DNA from: Camelus ferus
Lineage: Eukaryota
Assembly (NCBI RefSeq): GCF_009834535.1
Contig: NC_045697.1
Location: forward strand, 33,730,001 to 33,794,000
Reading direction: 5' to 3'
DNA: 64,000 bases
Part shown: positions 1-15,099 of the stretch, piece by piece
Numbering within the stretch: the stretch's first letter is position 1
Layout of the letters: every line of letters begins with the position of its first letter
Program-made: the position numbers and the translations under genes
The notes under the pieces: generated by a model
Databases searched by the model: none
Told to the model about the DNA's origin: nothing
The model's input: the letters and a program-made list of their open reading frames with translations, nothing else

Positions 1-49
1 ATCATATTACAAAGAAGCAAATGCAAACATAAAATCCCACAACTCCTTA

Positions 50-2140
50 ACCTTTGACCCCTTCCAGCTACTGCCCTATCAGTTCAGGGGAAAACTGTCT
101 ACACTTAGTGTTTCCACTTCCTGACCCATCATGTACTCTTCAACCCAATGTTATTTTATCTCCCTTCCCGTCTTTCCTTGAAACTCTTTGTGGATTAATC
201 TGGTGGGCACTTTTTGACATCTGTGCCTCATGTACTGTCTTGGCAACATCTAACACTGCTGATCACTTCTTCCTTCTTTAAATTGGCCCTTTAAATTCCA
301 CAATCTAGTCATGTTCCCCTTACCTTTCTCAGTCTCCAGTGTGGGATGCTCTTCCTCTACCCGATCCTAAAATATAACCTTTCCATAGGGTTCCACTCTC
401 AGACATCTCTGTTTTCTCAATCTTCAGGTAAATAAACTTGTCCAGTGGCTTGGATCCCCATTTTTATATCAATGTCTGTTTCCCAAGTTCTTCTCCAACC
501 TGAAGACCCCTATATCCAGCAGGACATGTAGTAGGGGCATACCAAACTTTCAATTTGTTCATTCATGTATCCACTCATTAATTCATTCGATTAGTCAACA
601 AATATTTACTGGGTACCTATTTATTTGTCAGGCACAGTTCTTGGCTCTGGTGATACAGAAGTAGGGGCAAAGCCCCAGTTTTTTTTTTTTTTTTTTTTTA
701 TCATTATAGGAACCCTTTTGACTAAAGTCAAATCTATGTACAAACTTAATCATATCCAATGAATTCAGCATATTTACTCAAACAAACATAACCCTCCTGC
801 TGTATTCTAGATCTTAGAGACTAGCACACTATCCAGGTAGCTTTGCAAGCCAGAAAACTTCAAAGACCCTTTCCTCCTTCTTCCCTATTCTTTTCCATCC
901 AACTTCCTCAATAATTTTTCTAATCTGTCTATTCTTCTTCCAAGCCATTGGACAGGCACTCAGTATTTCTCATTTAGTTACTGCACAGGCTATTAAAGTT
1001 CTCAGACCTAACATCCTTATGAACCTCCCTTCTCTCTACTCTCCACTAAAATAACATTTACACACTGTAACACCCATCATGCCACTTCCTTATTTAAATG
1101 CTTTTGGTTGGCACTCTATTGTTTTCCTGAAACACACACACACACACACACACATATTTATATGACAGTAACATTCTACATGATCTGTGTCCTGCTTCCC
1201 AGTCCAGCTACATCTCCCTTTTATTCCCCAATCCTCCTCTTAACCACTCCAGGTGCCCTAGTGTAACATATGCTATGGATGCCTGGTCTGCATGCATGTG
1301 GTTTACCCTGGTCATCACTCCAGACAGGCTGATGGCTTTCCCACCTTTCTCTCCCTAAGGACTGTTAGGTCTACAGGAGTTTGACTGCAGTGGGAGAGAG
1401 GGTCTGACCAGAAGTAGAAGAAAGTTTACATCCCTGAACAAACCTAATCAACAAGAGATAAGAGCTAAAAAAATAAGTACCTCGACTTCTCTGCCACCCA
1501 GGGGGCAGTTCTGAGGTGTGTTCCACACATATTCGGGGACAGCCTCTGGCATGAAGATCACAGAGTGGTAAATCTGCTCCTGAGTCATACTTTACTGAAT
1601 TTTCTGCCTTTCCATCTCACTTTTCTCACCGTGCTTCTTGGGATCACCTCAAATATAAATTGCTTGCACACCAATCCTTGCAACAGAGTCTGCTTTGGGG
1701 GAAACCCAGTTAAAAAACCTGGATTCTAGCCAGGATGTCTTCATTTAGTTCTACAAGGGTGAGCTGTTTTGTCTTGCTTCTGGGTCTTTGCACATCTTCT
1801 TCTCACTGCCTTTCCTCCGACTTCTTTGCCTTATTTCTATGTTTTCTGAGACGGTACTCAGCCACCTAAGGAGTTTAACCTGACACCTCCACCACCCTCA
1901 TCAGGGACTCCCACCACAGAGACACTAATCTGGACTGTGACATCTTCACACAGCAGCCTATGCTTCTTCCTAGCTTCATATGCAGCCCCCTGGGTGAGTG
2001 CCCCTCCCAAATGTGAATTTCTTTAGGGCTGCAACATTGCCTTACTGCTTTCCTTCCCTCACTGATGAGCTCAGTACCAAGCACTGAGAAGTATTCAACA
2101 GAAAAAAAGTCAAATGAATAAATAATAAATAAATGATGAG
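50..2140. mobile_element. Fragmented L2 cluster (mixed orientation) interrupted by an LTR
   Basis: ggcaacatctaacactgctgatcacttcttcctt (L2 RT-like); reverse L2 tail at about 555-660; tgaataaat tail at about 2115. Confidence 0.55.
1370..1716 (+). mobile_element. ERVL-type LTR (LTR16-like)
   Basis: 3' end cttcttgggatcacctc...ttgcacaccaatccttg...gtctgctttgggggaaaccca resembles LTR16-family ends. Confidence 0.6.
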
Positions 2141-3761
2141 TAAACTGTATTGAAATAAATCAAGAACAAAATCGCTCCCTCCTGCACACTCAACACAGCA
2201 AACATGAGTCCCACACAATGTGTCTCAAGAGATAAGTCGTTGGCAAAGCTATACAGCCAAGAGGAGCCCATTTAAATCCACTTGAAAACCAGATGACAGT
2301 CATTTATTCTATCAAGATTATACTTCCTGGGCCACTACAGTAGTTAATGGACTGTTTAATGAGACAATCCTGGAATATTAACTGATAAGCAGAATTAAAT
2401 GCCTTTCCTCTCCCATTTCACGCATTTGCCTGTTAAAAAGTATGACTGAAGATTGTTATTGAGCAGAAGAGTCACCTCCTGGAGCAAGCTGCACCTTCTT
2501 GCCCTGTGCTGCTACCCAGGAAAAGCAGGAGGACCAGGGGACCAACCTGCCTCTCCAGGAGCCAAAGGACAAGAACCAGGAGCCTCTCTGTCTTTAGACT
2601 GCTTGAAACACAGAGCCAGTGGCTGAAATAGCTTATTTAACAAGGACTGGATTTTTCCTCTCAATCATAGTTCTCAAGCTATCAGTTATTGAAAAGCTGA
2701 TTTTCAAAGCACACACTAGAACAGCTTTTCTGTACAGCTGCAGTGCTATTTAAATCTTCCATGAATATGTCCACAAATCCAAGAAAATTCTAAGCTAAAA
2801 TACTGCTCTTAGAGAGGACATGGTACAATAAGACCCTAGGGAGGAAAAATCCAGGAAGAAAAATCTGCTCGCTAATTTTAATACTGAAATGATAAAATCA
2901 GCCATATGGCTTCAGCTCCTCAGAGCTAGAAGAACACCTGAAAGCACTATTTAGAAATAGTCAGCCTAGAAGGCTTTTGGGGGGAGGCTCTTTGGTGGAT
3001 ATTAGCTGTTTGCCTCACAGGCATTCTTTAAGAGGTCTCAGAAATGTGGATAAATGCCTCACTTTCTGCTGAGACGAGGCTGGGAGTGGATGTAGGGTAA
3101 GTAGTAAAGGCAATGCCTTGCAGACACCAAACAGATTTATGGGAGGCAAGATCAGCCTTGGAAAGAACTGCCTCTGGACCAGGTTTCTATTCCACAGTGA
3201 ACCCCAAGTCCTCATCCCCAGCACTACTGGAAAGGAATTCCCGGGGAGCCCATCGGTGATTCTGGCAACACTGACCTCCTGCTTTAATCTCACGTCACCA
3301 GCCGTATGGTTCTCCTGCTGTGATTGAGCAGTCCCAGGGCAAATACTATAGGCTGCCTTTGTAGCATTCTGTCATGTTGATACTTCTTTGAATTTCATCA
3401 AAGTGGAAACTTTTAGACTCTAGCCAGCTATACTGTAATCTGAATTTCCTTCGTTTAAGACATTCAATTTCATCAAATTACCTACCAAATGAAATTATAT
3501 TGTGCATGAGTCACTATCATAAATATTTCGGAGCCATTCACTTGCAGGCTGGTGATGAAAACAAGCTGACTGTACCTAGGAAAGTTGAACAAAATCACTG
3601 ACCAAAGAAAAGCCATGATGAGGACTGTTCTGTCCCCAGTTAAGTACTGTGTAGCCATATGGTTCATCTTTGCTATCCCTTAGCTCCTATATAATAGGCT
3701 CTCCAGGTAGGGGCTAAATGAATGCTTGTTAAATTATTGGTTCAATTCCAATAAAGATATA

Positions 3762-4300
3762 CCAGAAATGTCCATCAACAGAAGATGGATAAAGAAGCTG
3801 TGGTATATACTATTCAGCCATAAATGGAATACTATTCAGCCACAAAAAAGAATGAAATAGTGCCATTTGCAGCAACATGAATGGATCTGGAGATCATCAT
3901 TCTAAGTGAAATAAGCCAGAAAGAAAAAGAAAAATGCCATATGATATCATTCACATGTAGAATTTAAAAAGAAAAAAGAATGCACTAATGAATTTATCTA
4001 TAAAACAGAAACAGACTCACAGACATGGTAAACAAATTTATGCTTACTGAGGGAATGGGGGTAGGGGAAGGATAAATTAGGAGTTTGGGATTAGCAGATA
4101 CAAACTTCTACATATATAACATAGATAAACAATAAGTTCATACTGTATAGCATAGGGAACTATATTCAATATCTTCTAGTAACTTATAATGAGAAAGAAT
4201 ATGAAAAGGAATATATGTATGTATATGAATGACTGAAACATTATGCTGTACCAGAAATTGACACAACATTGTAACTGACTTCAACTTAAAAGAAAAGAAA
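3762..4300 (+). mobile_element. LINE-1 3' fragment (ORF2 end and 3'UTR)
   Basis: tgtccatcaacagaagatggataaagaag...gccatttgcagcaacatg...acagactcacagacat...acacaacattgtaa then A-rich tail. Confidence 0.88.
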
Positions 4301-5454
4301 TATCACAACATCCCACGGATATGACAGGGTGATAGTAATATGTAAGGCCAGGGGTCTACACTGCCCCAATACCTAGCACAGGCCTGACATGAATTAGACA
4401 TGCAACAAATATCTGTTGAATGAGTAGATAAATGCATGTCCATGAGCTGAGATCCTAGTGTTTTGAAAGACCTACTAAACACCAGGGCATCGAAAGTTCC
4501 ACACAAATGCCTGGAGTCATCAACTGACCTCAAAGCATGAATAAAAAGCTCAGCAGGGCTGAAGACAATTTGGATCTAATCCATATTCTAAAGCACTGTG
4601 GAATTAATAAATGAAAATTTAATGCCATTTGGAGTTCTAGTTACACTGTGGAAGTCTGCTCGTCCCTTGGTTTTAAAATACTTGCCCAGCATACTAAAAT
4701 CAGAACTCTTCTTCTCGTGTTGTTCTCCGCTTTGTTTCCCTAGGAAACAGTGACTTCCAGGCATCCAAGATGACACAACATAGATTGCCAAATTGCATGC
4801 CACCCTGCAGTTGCCAAGGAGATAATGTATGTCATTCCTACAAATAACATGTTGCTCATGCCTTCATTTCCTTTATCTAGCTTTTTAAGAGACTCTTCGC
4901 CTGAACTGAATTCAGATTATGTTCACTGTGAACTGATGGAAACAGTCCTTTTTTAAAAATGTGTTTACCCCACCTCCCCCAAGGCACTTGATCGCACCAC
5001 ACACGCTGTCTGTGGAAGGTCTGAGCATATTTTATGTCGATTGGGGAACCAGTGATTCAGCAGTATTCACCAGAAAAAAAAAAAATGCATCCTCAATTCT
5101 GTCTGCTAGCGTTCTAAGTAAGAGTCCAATTAAATCCACACCTGGCACTAACAAATTCCAGTTTAAAATGGCCCACTACAAAAGCAGCTGCACTCTGTTG
5201 AATTTACATGGGAAGGAGTAAGCAAGCAAAATAGGAAGAGATGGAAGGAAGGCAGGAAGACAGGAAGGCAGGAAGGAAGGAAGGAAGGAAAATGGGGAAA
5301 CTCATGTTTGTTAAGCACCTGCAGTATTCCAGATTAAACACCTGTAAGATGAACAAAGAGAATTAGAGAAATGTGAGATCTTGGCTAACATCATCCTACA
5401 AGCAGGAGGTAGAGTCAGTATTCGAACTTGAGTATGTCTGATGTAAATGCGTGT

Positions 5455-5910
5455 GTTTTCCAGCTGTCGAGTGCTACATAGTAAATCACCCCAAACGATC
5501 GTGGCTTTAAGCAACAGCAATCATTTTAACACTCTTTCACGGGTTTGGAGGTTGACCAGACTCAGCGAGGCAGCCCTCATTCATTCAGCATCTCTCATGA
5601 GGTTTCAGCCAAAGCAGCTGGTATGTGACACCCCTCTCACATATCTGGCCACTGACACTGGGACTGCCAGCCGGAATAGCCTACCTGTGGTCTCTCCACA
5701 TGGCCTGGGCTTCCTTACAGCATGATGGCTGGCTCCAAGAATGCACTCCTGAGACAGACAGCCTCACAGCCATAAAGCACCACTTCTACTGTGGTGACAA
5801 GTCCACCCACGGTCAAGAGTGAGGGATCACAGACTCCCCAACACACTGTAAGAAATGCATGTGGAATGGCCAGTGGCAGGGGTTTCTTTTCGAGCCATCT
5901 TAAAAGATGT
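5455..5910 (-). mobile_element. Old MaLR LTR (MLT1-type)
   Basis: aaatcaccccaaa...gtggctttaagcaacagcaatcattt...ctctccacatggcctgggcttccttacagcatgatggctgg. Confidence 0.6.
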
Positions 5911-8900
5911 TTTCGGGCAGAACACAATTTTTGCAATACCCATTAACGTCTCAAAAAGCCTCAGAATCAGTCTTCACAGGCTCTTTTTGTCTGTTTGGTG
6001 GAGTAATTAGGGAGGGAACAGTTAAAATGATCAGTCTAAAAAGAGGGATGGAGCAACTTTTAATGTCAGCTTGATGAATTGTGAAAAAAATCCTGAACAT
6101 TGAAATTAAACTTTGGAATGAGTTTCTGATTAATTTTTTTACCCTTAACAGAGTTTCTTTTTACTTATGCACTATCAACTTGCAAAGCAGTTGGGTATCA
6201 TAAACACTAACTTTGCCTTAAAACTATATTGTGGCATTTTCACATTTGTTAGCACCACATAGTATTACCAAAAAAGTGTTTTTGCTTAATTTAGCTTTTT
6301 GGTTCTGTTAGTAACTGGATATACGGAGTTTCCTACATGCATCACAAGTCTACCTGCTCAGACTACATAGTGCATATGTGGAAATGGATGTACCAAATGA
6401 ACTGTTATTACAAGGGGTAACATAGACCACTTGGATATATGTTCTTGTCATCTTAACTTCTCATCTACTGTCAACATACCAGGAGGCTTCTGGCTAATGT
6501 CTTTACCTTCTCAGTACTCCTTAAAATCGTTCTAATAGTGAACCTAGCTGGGCTTAGGCCATGAACAGATCCAGCTAATCTGAAATAGCCATAAGACTGC
6601 CACTCAACATCCAATTTGTACTTTAGCCATTAAAGGGATCACACGTGTTTATCCTTTGGAAATCTATCAAACTATTATCATAAATAAAGAGAACCTCAGC
6701 CAGAAAATGGAATATTAATGACGTGAAGAAAGAACACCACGGAGTAAACACAATAATCAGACTGTAGAAAGCATGCAAACTGAGGAAGCACATTAGGGTG
6801 AGCTAGTGAAAAAACAACAACAATTTCCATCTCATTGCTTGTCTTGCTGAGAGTGTATGATGGTGCTCACTCTACTGTGCTGGCAGATTGGCCTGGAATA
6901 AACATATGCAATGTTCATATTTAATGGAGCTACTGCTGAGCTGAACCACTCTAGAATGAACCAGGCTATATGACAGGGCAAAACCAGGTCTATTGGGAAG
7001 AATACCATAATCCCACATAACAGCCATGCTCTACCCAGAATATGACAGTTGGATTTGTACCTCTCTCTTCCCAGGACAAGTCCGGCATCTATTCTCATTC
7101 AGGCCAACACACGTGATGAAATTGTAGGATTCCCTCGATTAGTGCTTCTCAGAAAAAAACCCTCAAAACTGAAGTGCTTAGGTAATTCACAAAGCAGATC
7201 CCAGCAAGTGACACAGAAGAAAGGACATCTTAAATTTTAGTATTTCTCTTCTAACTTTTTATACTTCTGATGTCACCCTGTCTATTGTAGCTCCAAATTT
7301 TACATCTTTCTGTGTCTTTTTTTTTCCAAAGTGAGGAGGACAGTCTGATAAAAATCCCTGAGAATAAAGCAACAGTAGCTAACTGTCTTACACTATGGAA
7401 CAACTGGCCCCTACCTTGCACAAACAGTGAAGATTTGAGATTCTTTTCACTTCCCTGCTTTCTTCAATTTTATGTGTCTTGGAATGTAGACACTTTATAA
7501 CGTTATGATTTCTAATACTGTCAGTGGCTAGTCCCACTTAATGGCTACAGAATGACTGGATAATAACCAGGAAGGTAATTGTAGCCAATAATTATCTCAA
7601 ATTGTCTCATGAGATTCTGAAATCCCCTATGGATTGTAATTGTAAACTTTAACTTCATTTTAGCTTGCCTATTGCAGTTATATATATCTAGATTGCTACT
7701 TGCAAACATTTAACTTAAATACTCTAACAGATTTTCAATACTAGAGGAAGACTCATTTTACATAGCTCTATCATTAGGATAACAAACCACTCTATTGGTC
7801 AGGCTAGAATACTTCTGTCCAGAACACATGTTTACTGGTAGGTCACGAGGACAATAAGCATAAACTTGGGTAGTTACAGGCAAAGTCAACCTCTCCATTA
7901 CACATTGATTGAAAAAAAAATAATAGAAGTTTCTAATTTGCTAGAAACTTGAAGATAACATAGGAAAAAAAGTGCATTTTTCATTGAAAGAAATGATTTT
8001 TAAATCTCCCCAAATTCTATTGCATTGATGCTTTAATACACTTCTTTAAAGTACATATAGTAAGGAATCTGATAAAATTAATTTGGCTATGATGCAAATC
8101 CATTGCAAATGTGCAAAAATGAGTGATTTATAGAATTCTGAAAGATGAATGCAAAAAAATTCAATAAAGAAACACTATGGAAAATAAGAGAAAAAAGTCA
8201 CATACTGAAACCTACCAAAAAAGAATTTTTTTTAAATAAAAAAAGAAAGAACAAACAGGATTCACCATATAACATCTCCTTCTATTTTTATGGATTGTTA
8301 ATATAACTTTCTGTCAGCAGATCAAGTCCCCATTGACCATAATCTATTTCGGTCCCGAAATGTATTCTTGTTCTGCAGATAATAGGTAACCTCCTTGGCT
8401 CCATTTTTAGATCAGCCCATTGGCAAACATTAAGCAGAAAGCATGTTAACATTTTTCAGGATCAGCCAAGGCTTTAGCAAAGTGGGTTTCTTGCTTGCAG
8501 AAGCAGCAATAGTGAGCTAGGCACTGGAGAAAGAGCCTGTTGAAGCTCCTTATCTGTACAAGCCCCAACGGCTTCAAGTCAAAATAAAATAAGCAAACCA
8601 AGAAAACAATCCTACTGAGAGCATTAAGATGCCGTAGAGGAAATGCCCCCATCAGCCTCAGGCATGCTGAGTACAGCTCCACGGTTGTGACATTCTCAGC
8701 TCCAAACTCAATCTTTGTCTTGAAAACAAATAAATAAACTAATAAATTTTAAGATGCCAATCACTATAATCCCTGGCAAAATGTCTTCCTAATTACCTGT
8801 TCTGCTGTCAAAAAGAGGCAGTTGATAAAGTAAATCACAAGTCAGATCTTGGCCTCATCTTCACTTCAAAAGACTATTTTTGACTTTCTAAAAATCATTT

Positions 8901-11900
8901 TTAACCAGCAAAAATAGTATTTGTTTATGGTTCAACCAAATGAAACCTGGCTTTTCTCCAAACAAATCACAGGCTCATTTCTTCACAGAAGGGGCAGCTG
9001 GTGAAGGTCAAGTGCCCAGCTGTCCACTCATCGCTGCTGTCCACGTTAGCTCAGAATCTGCTCCGAGACTCTGACTACCACTTTTCAAGCTCCCTGAGGC
9101 CTCTTTTTTTCACCTTCCAAGCAGGATGCCCTCCCCAGAGCTTCTCCATTCAAACTGGTTCTCAGAAGGGTATTGGTTAGATCTTCACACACAACCAGAG
9201 AGCATTTCCTTGTTTTCTCGGTACAGCCTAAAGAGCAGAGTTGAGCAAGGCTCCCATCACGCACCTAGTAGCCCATCTACAATAGGACACAGAGATGACC
9301 CAGACAACAAAACTAAGAGTCAAAGTCACAGGCAATGAAAGGGCAGAACAGCAGTTCCTTCCAAGGGGAAGTTCCAAAGAAACCAGGTAGTTTCAGGTCA
9401 GGGAAAGTGCTATGCAGATTTCCTTCAGCAATCCCAAAGCTCTGCGTAGGTCTCAAAAATTAAAACAAAACAAAGCAAAACAACAGTGTTGGAATGGGTT
9501 TATGGGAGTTTTCTCCATGACTGTTGTCATCTAGGACTTCTCTTTCCTGCCATTATTAGTCGTAGTAATACTTTGCAGAGGCCGTATTGAATTCAATCTT
9601 TCATTCATTGATTCAGTCAACAAATATCAGAAGGGCATTTACTGGGTGCCAGGTTCTGTGTTAAGCATTTGTCTTATAGTTTGTATTCTTTGAATGCTTT
9701 CTTTTTTTAAAAAAAAATCCATTTAATAGACTAATCCCAGATGTTCACAAGTGTTCATAGTTTGTTAAACTAGAGACAACAGTACACTCATTTTGTATAT
9801 GAAGAGTTGACTTTCCGCTCTTTGGATACAGACTTCTCACCACTTTTTGCCAAGCCCTCTTTGGAAATATCAATCCTCAAGTGCCAATGACCTGGTCAGA
9901 GGAAAAGTGTAGATATGCTAAATGGTGGGGGTCCTTCTTACTCCATATCTCCTCCCTTTACCTAATATTTTCAAGGTACAATTTTTTTTACTTCCAAGGG
10001 ACCCCTGGATATCCACGTTAAAGTGATTGGACTTAGAAAAAAACTTTTTAGGGAGGCAAAAATAGAAAGTGTTTTCAGGGAAACTAACCCCCCAACCTCA
10101 TCTTCACACCCCCATTTCTCTTCCTTGAACCCCCTAAAGACGGACTTTTCTCTGACTCTGGAGCCTACAACTGTTTTCAATTAGCCAAGCACAAAGTAAG
10201 TAAAAGTAAGTCACGAAGTTTGTTTTAGGCAAACTACCCCACCCCCAAAAAAAGAGAGAGGTAAAATTCACTGGACTGCACTGTTAGGGAGCCACAGGAC
10301 TGGAGAGAATACAGAAATGTCCATGCTAGTCATCTATATGAAGACTGTAGATTTAAAAAAATTAAAAGTCAAAGTTCACGAAAGAGCAAATGCAAGGAGA
10401 AAGAACAGATTCCTACAGAATAAGCAACAAGGATGTGAAAATTCAAGCTCACGAATAAAAGCAGCAAAAGAGACTCTGGGAAAGAATATGATGTATTATT
10501 CAAACAGAGAAGTCAGGCAGGGTAAGAATCTTGTGGAATCTGAGACACTAGAAAATATTAAAAAAAAACACATCTGAGTAGAAAGTGTCCTCTCCTAAAA
10601 TTGACCAAAATACATAAGAATTCTCTTCTACCAAAGACATTTTTGATGCATAATATCCTCTAATTCATTTAAGTGAAATGACAGAAGTATTAACCGAACT
10701 GATGTTTCTTGAAACTTCTAAATCATCTGAGGCTGAGTGAAAAGCTGGAGATTTAGTGACGTATATTATGTCGTGGGAAAATTAGCCCCTCAAAATAGCA
10801 AATGAGAAATTGGCAGCTTAGCCAAATAAACCAGAAGGAATGAATAATCTTACTCAGTAGCTTAGGGAAGAGAACTTGCTGGAAAATGTAGCTAAATATT
10901 GATGGAATTTGTTTCAAGTGTCTGTATATTTTTGACTGAATTTTTCTTTCACTCCAAACGGAAGTGCTTGTCCACTCACATGGGTAACAAAGATAGAAAA
11001 AAAGATCAGCAAATTGATAGATATTTGAAATACCATTAAGAAAGAATCTTGATATTAAAATTTCAACAGGGGAAATGTATAGTCCTTCATATATTGCTAT
11101 CCCTGACAGCTGAGCATCTAGCTCAGTTATATGAGGAATGAAATCAACCAGTAGGTGTTTCTTGAGCACCTGCTAGGTTCTTAGCAAATCTGTGCCAGAC
11201 ATGTTGGAGAAGTAATGGAGTAAATGGAGAAGTAATAAAAATTCCAACAACACCATAATAGTTTATTAATTATATAGCAACTCTAGAATGACCCTTAAGT
11301 TAGCCCATAAATATCACAAACAAAATTAATGATGTTTACAGTAATGAGCTGGCTCATTTCCTTGTTGCTGTCCTTCAGCTGCTGACCATCAATAAAATAC
11401 ACCTCCCTGCCAGGCTGAGTTCTCCCCCCAGCCCCTCCCAAAGTTCAGCACATTTCTTTACATTGTCTGTTGATCCCTACAGAATACCTATTCCTCTTGA
11501 TCTTTTACATCAGTAAACTCTGTCACCTGACATAGTATGAATTCATTTAGGGGAAAAATCATCTTTTGAAATTCTTTAAAGTTTTCCTCACCACCCTTAA
11601 AGTGGAAATCTTTCAAATATATATTGTAAATAAATATTGTTAATTGACTATATTAATGCCTATAAGACAGGTGATTTCAAATCCCCAAATAAAAGTCATA
11701 TTTTTAATACTTTTTAGATGTTTAAAATGTCAAAAAAGATGGAGAAACTATGGATTGGTCTACAGTTGAAATGACTGAGTTAAATCAATTGGTGATTCTT
11801 AACCTTGACAAAATCCACATATATTTTATTCAAAGCTAGAGATTTGGAAAACGTAACTGAGTATCTGTGACTTCGGCATCTATGTAAACTGAACTACCAG

Positions 11901-12089
11901 CTAACGGATAGTGCTTGTTTATAAATGGGATAGAGTTTCATGGTACAGCTTACACTTTCAACAATGGGAACATGAAAACAACCTTCAGATAAATGAAGAA
12001 AGGGGTAGAGAGTGAACGTGTGGGGGTAGGCACAGCTCAGGGTCAGCAGTGGTGGTGATAGGTAATAATCGAGGGGCGGCAACTTCTAG

Positions 12090-12320
12090 GGGTTGTACAC
12101 CAGGACTTTGGAGCCAGACTATCTGGGTTTAAATCTTGGCTCCATTACTTAGCAGCTTGTTGAGTGGGCAATTAACTTAGACCTCTCTGTGCCTCAATTC
12201 CTCCTCTATAAAATAGGATGAAGATGGGACAGGATCGCTGTGGTAATTATATGAGTTAATATACATAAAATATTTTAAAATATTCCCTGGCGCATGGTAA
12301 ACACAGGATCAGTTGATGCT
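12090..12320 (+). mobile_element. MIR SINE
   Basis: ggactttggagccagac...ctgggtttaaatcttggctc...cctctctgtgcctcaattcctc core. Confidence 0.8.
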
Positions 12321-15099
12321 TTTATTGCTGTTGGAACAATAAGGAGTTTTGCTGTATAGGTAAGCATAAAATAAATAACCTGAATATTTAATTTGACCAA
12401 ACTCAGTGAACCTAAAAAGAACCACCCTCTCTTGAATCCATTCTTCCTAAAGTAACCATGTGTTAAAGAGCATAAAAGCAAAACTGGCATTAGTTATAGA
12501 TAGTGGATGAGTTTGTAGTAACATAGATTTTTTTAATTAGAAGAGAATTTGGATATAATTTTGCTTAACTTCATCATCTAACAGACAGAGAAATCCAAAC
12601 TCAAATATTGGGTTGTATGATCAAAACTACACTGGAAAACTGAGGGTAGATACAAAATCCTTTAATGCCCGTCTGTTTTCTCTAGGTGAGAAACAGCGCT
12701 GGGTATCCGAAAGCATCCAGAACACTTCACCAAGGCTCAGCTCCCTCGACCATAACACTATGTGTATGACAACATGACAACGCATCTCAGAGTTTATTGT
12801 GGACATTAGAGATAATATATATAAGGCAACTGGCACAATATGTGTATATATATATATATACACACACACACATATATACATAAGGCAAATAGTAGATGCT
12901 CAATAAGTAACAATGACGATGACGATGATGATAGTGACACGTTATCTCCCCAAATTCTATGTACTATGTAACACACTTCATAGCCACTTCCTTTGCCATG
13001 ATATTTGTAAACACAGAATACATGAAAATAAATGGATGAATTTACTATTTATCTGTATCTATATCACACACACACACACAATCCTATGCTGTATTATGCT
13101 TGGTTTACAAGATGTCTTACTACTTCCTTGAACAGTAGCTCATATATTTAGCCTTCCTGATGCAGCATTAAAATTATGGCATTTCCCCTTCTGGAGGAGA
13201 AAACAGCCTAAATTTTCAATTACGATGCTAATGTTGGCATTTTTTCTTCCCATGTGATGTTATTACCCATAATTACCAAGACATGCACAATCTGGCTTCA
13301 ATAAGCTACTAAAAATGATTGCTTCTCCTCCCTTTGTCATTTTGAATGATATCCCTTACCTTGTCACTTTTTACATTTCAAAGGCTAATTCAAAGTCTCA
13401 GTTTAACTCTCTCTAATACTATTTATCATCACCCGCTCTACCTCTCCTTCACAGCGCCTGCCACATTTCTCATTATTTAATTATTTGAGATTAATGGTCG
13501 AATGTAGACCTCCCCACTACCTCCAGATTCACAGAGGGAGTATACAACGTATTCCAAGCCTACTGACACTTAATAGATATCCCATAAATACAGCCATAAA
13601 TAGACTAGATTCCCAGTATGTAATTGGATATATTAACACATATTTCAGCAAATAGGTCTAAGGTAGCAGTGAATACTTAAGGGCAAGTTTTTACTCCTCT
13701 AAGCATGCTTGAATTACTCTAAAACCAGGACTCAGACTATACTTCCATATACTACATATAGTCACTCACAAGATTAATAGCCTGTCTCCTTCACTAGACT
13801 AAGTTCCTGGGTTTCATCTTCTTTGATTCCTCGGTGCCTTGTATGGTGACTGGGGCATAGTAGTTGCCTGGTAAACACTTATCAGATTACTGGCTGAGAT
13901 TTGCTCTCTCGCCTTAGCAAACTGACAGTTTCTCATGAATCTGCACATGGCACGTAACAAAACTAACAGATGAAAATGAAAAACATGGCTGGAAATGAAA
14001 CCTAATTCTGATATCCTTGACACTTAAATCAGACAGTTTAATAATTGTGCATTTCAACGATTACTCATTACCTAAAGAGCATTACTAACTACAGAACATT
14101 CCGCACTTAAAAAAGGTATGGCTTTGGGGAGGTACAATTTATATAAGATTTAAAGAATGTCATTAAATTACTGTCACAAATGCACCGAAATGTCAAGCAA
14201 CTGACAGTACCACTTCATGTCCTTTTTCAAACTGCCAAGGAAAGAGATTTTAAACTAAGTTAAGAAATAAAAGAAATAAGAATAAATGGGAAGTGAAAGT
14301 TCTTTCCATGTTAGCTTAATCTATTTAAAGAACAGCATTTCTAAGAGGAATTTTGAGAATGATTGAAACAAAAATCTGAAACTAGCCTAGTTTGTACACC
14401 CTGTTGGAACGGAATGAAGCTTGTGTATTACCAACCACTGGAAACCATGGTATGTTACATTGATGTCACTCATGGGCACTAATGTCTGTGTAAGTGAGAT
14501 GACTAAAATGATCAAAGGACAGCAATCTATGCTTTCCTCGTAATGTATAGCTGCACTTGTAGATTTACTGAAGCTTCCTGTTTTGCTTTCTTTTGTTTTC
14601 AAAGCATCCCGCTCAGTTCTCTGCTATCGTCCGCTAGCTAAGTCCAGCTGCTGACAAGTGTGTCTCAGAATGAGTATCTGCTGTTCTGTATCCTCACAGT
14701 GACCCGGCTCTAGCTGATTGCTTAACATCTGCCTAAAGTTCACATATGCTACAGTAAAAAAAAGAATTTTACACAAAAGAAAAATGTGTTTGAAAACTGG
14801 TGCTAAATATATTAGTTTCTAGATGCCCCACATTTCTCACTGTCCGATTCCTATGTTTGGTTCAATATAATAAACAACTGTAACTATTAAACACTTCACC
14901 ATGTGCTGTATGGGAAAATAAAATGAAGCCATAATCAATTTTATTAAGGAATGCACTGTCTAACTAGGCAAATAGAGCAATCACATATTAAAAAATCTAT
15001 GCAAAATACTTCAGGATATTATAAATGATAAATTATGTGATGCATACTTTAAATGTTGAAGATGCTTAAAGAAATAAAGGATAATAATAATCACAGAGA

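Noticed and set aside
1492..1510. CTCF-like ccacccagggggcag
   Set aside because: Mismatches in the 5' core and lies within an LTR relic; too weak to call
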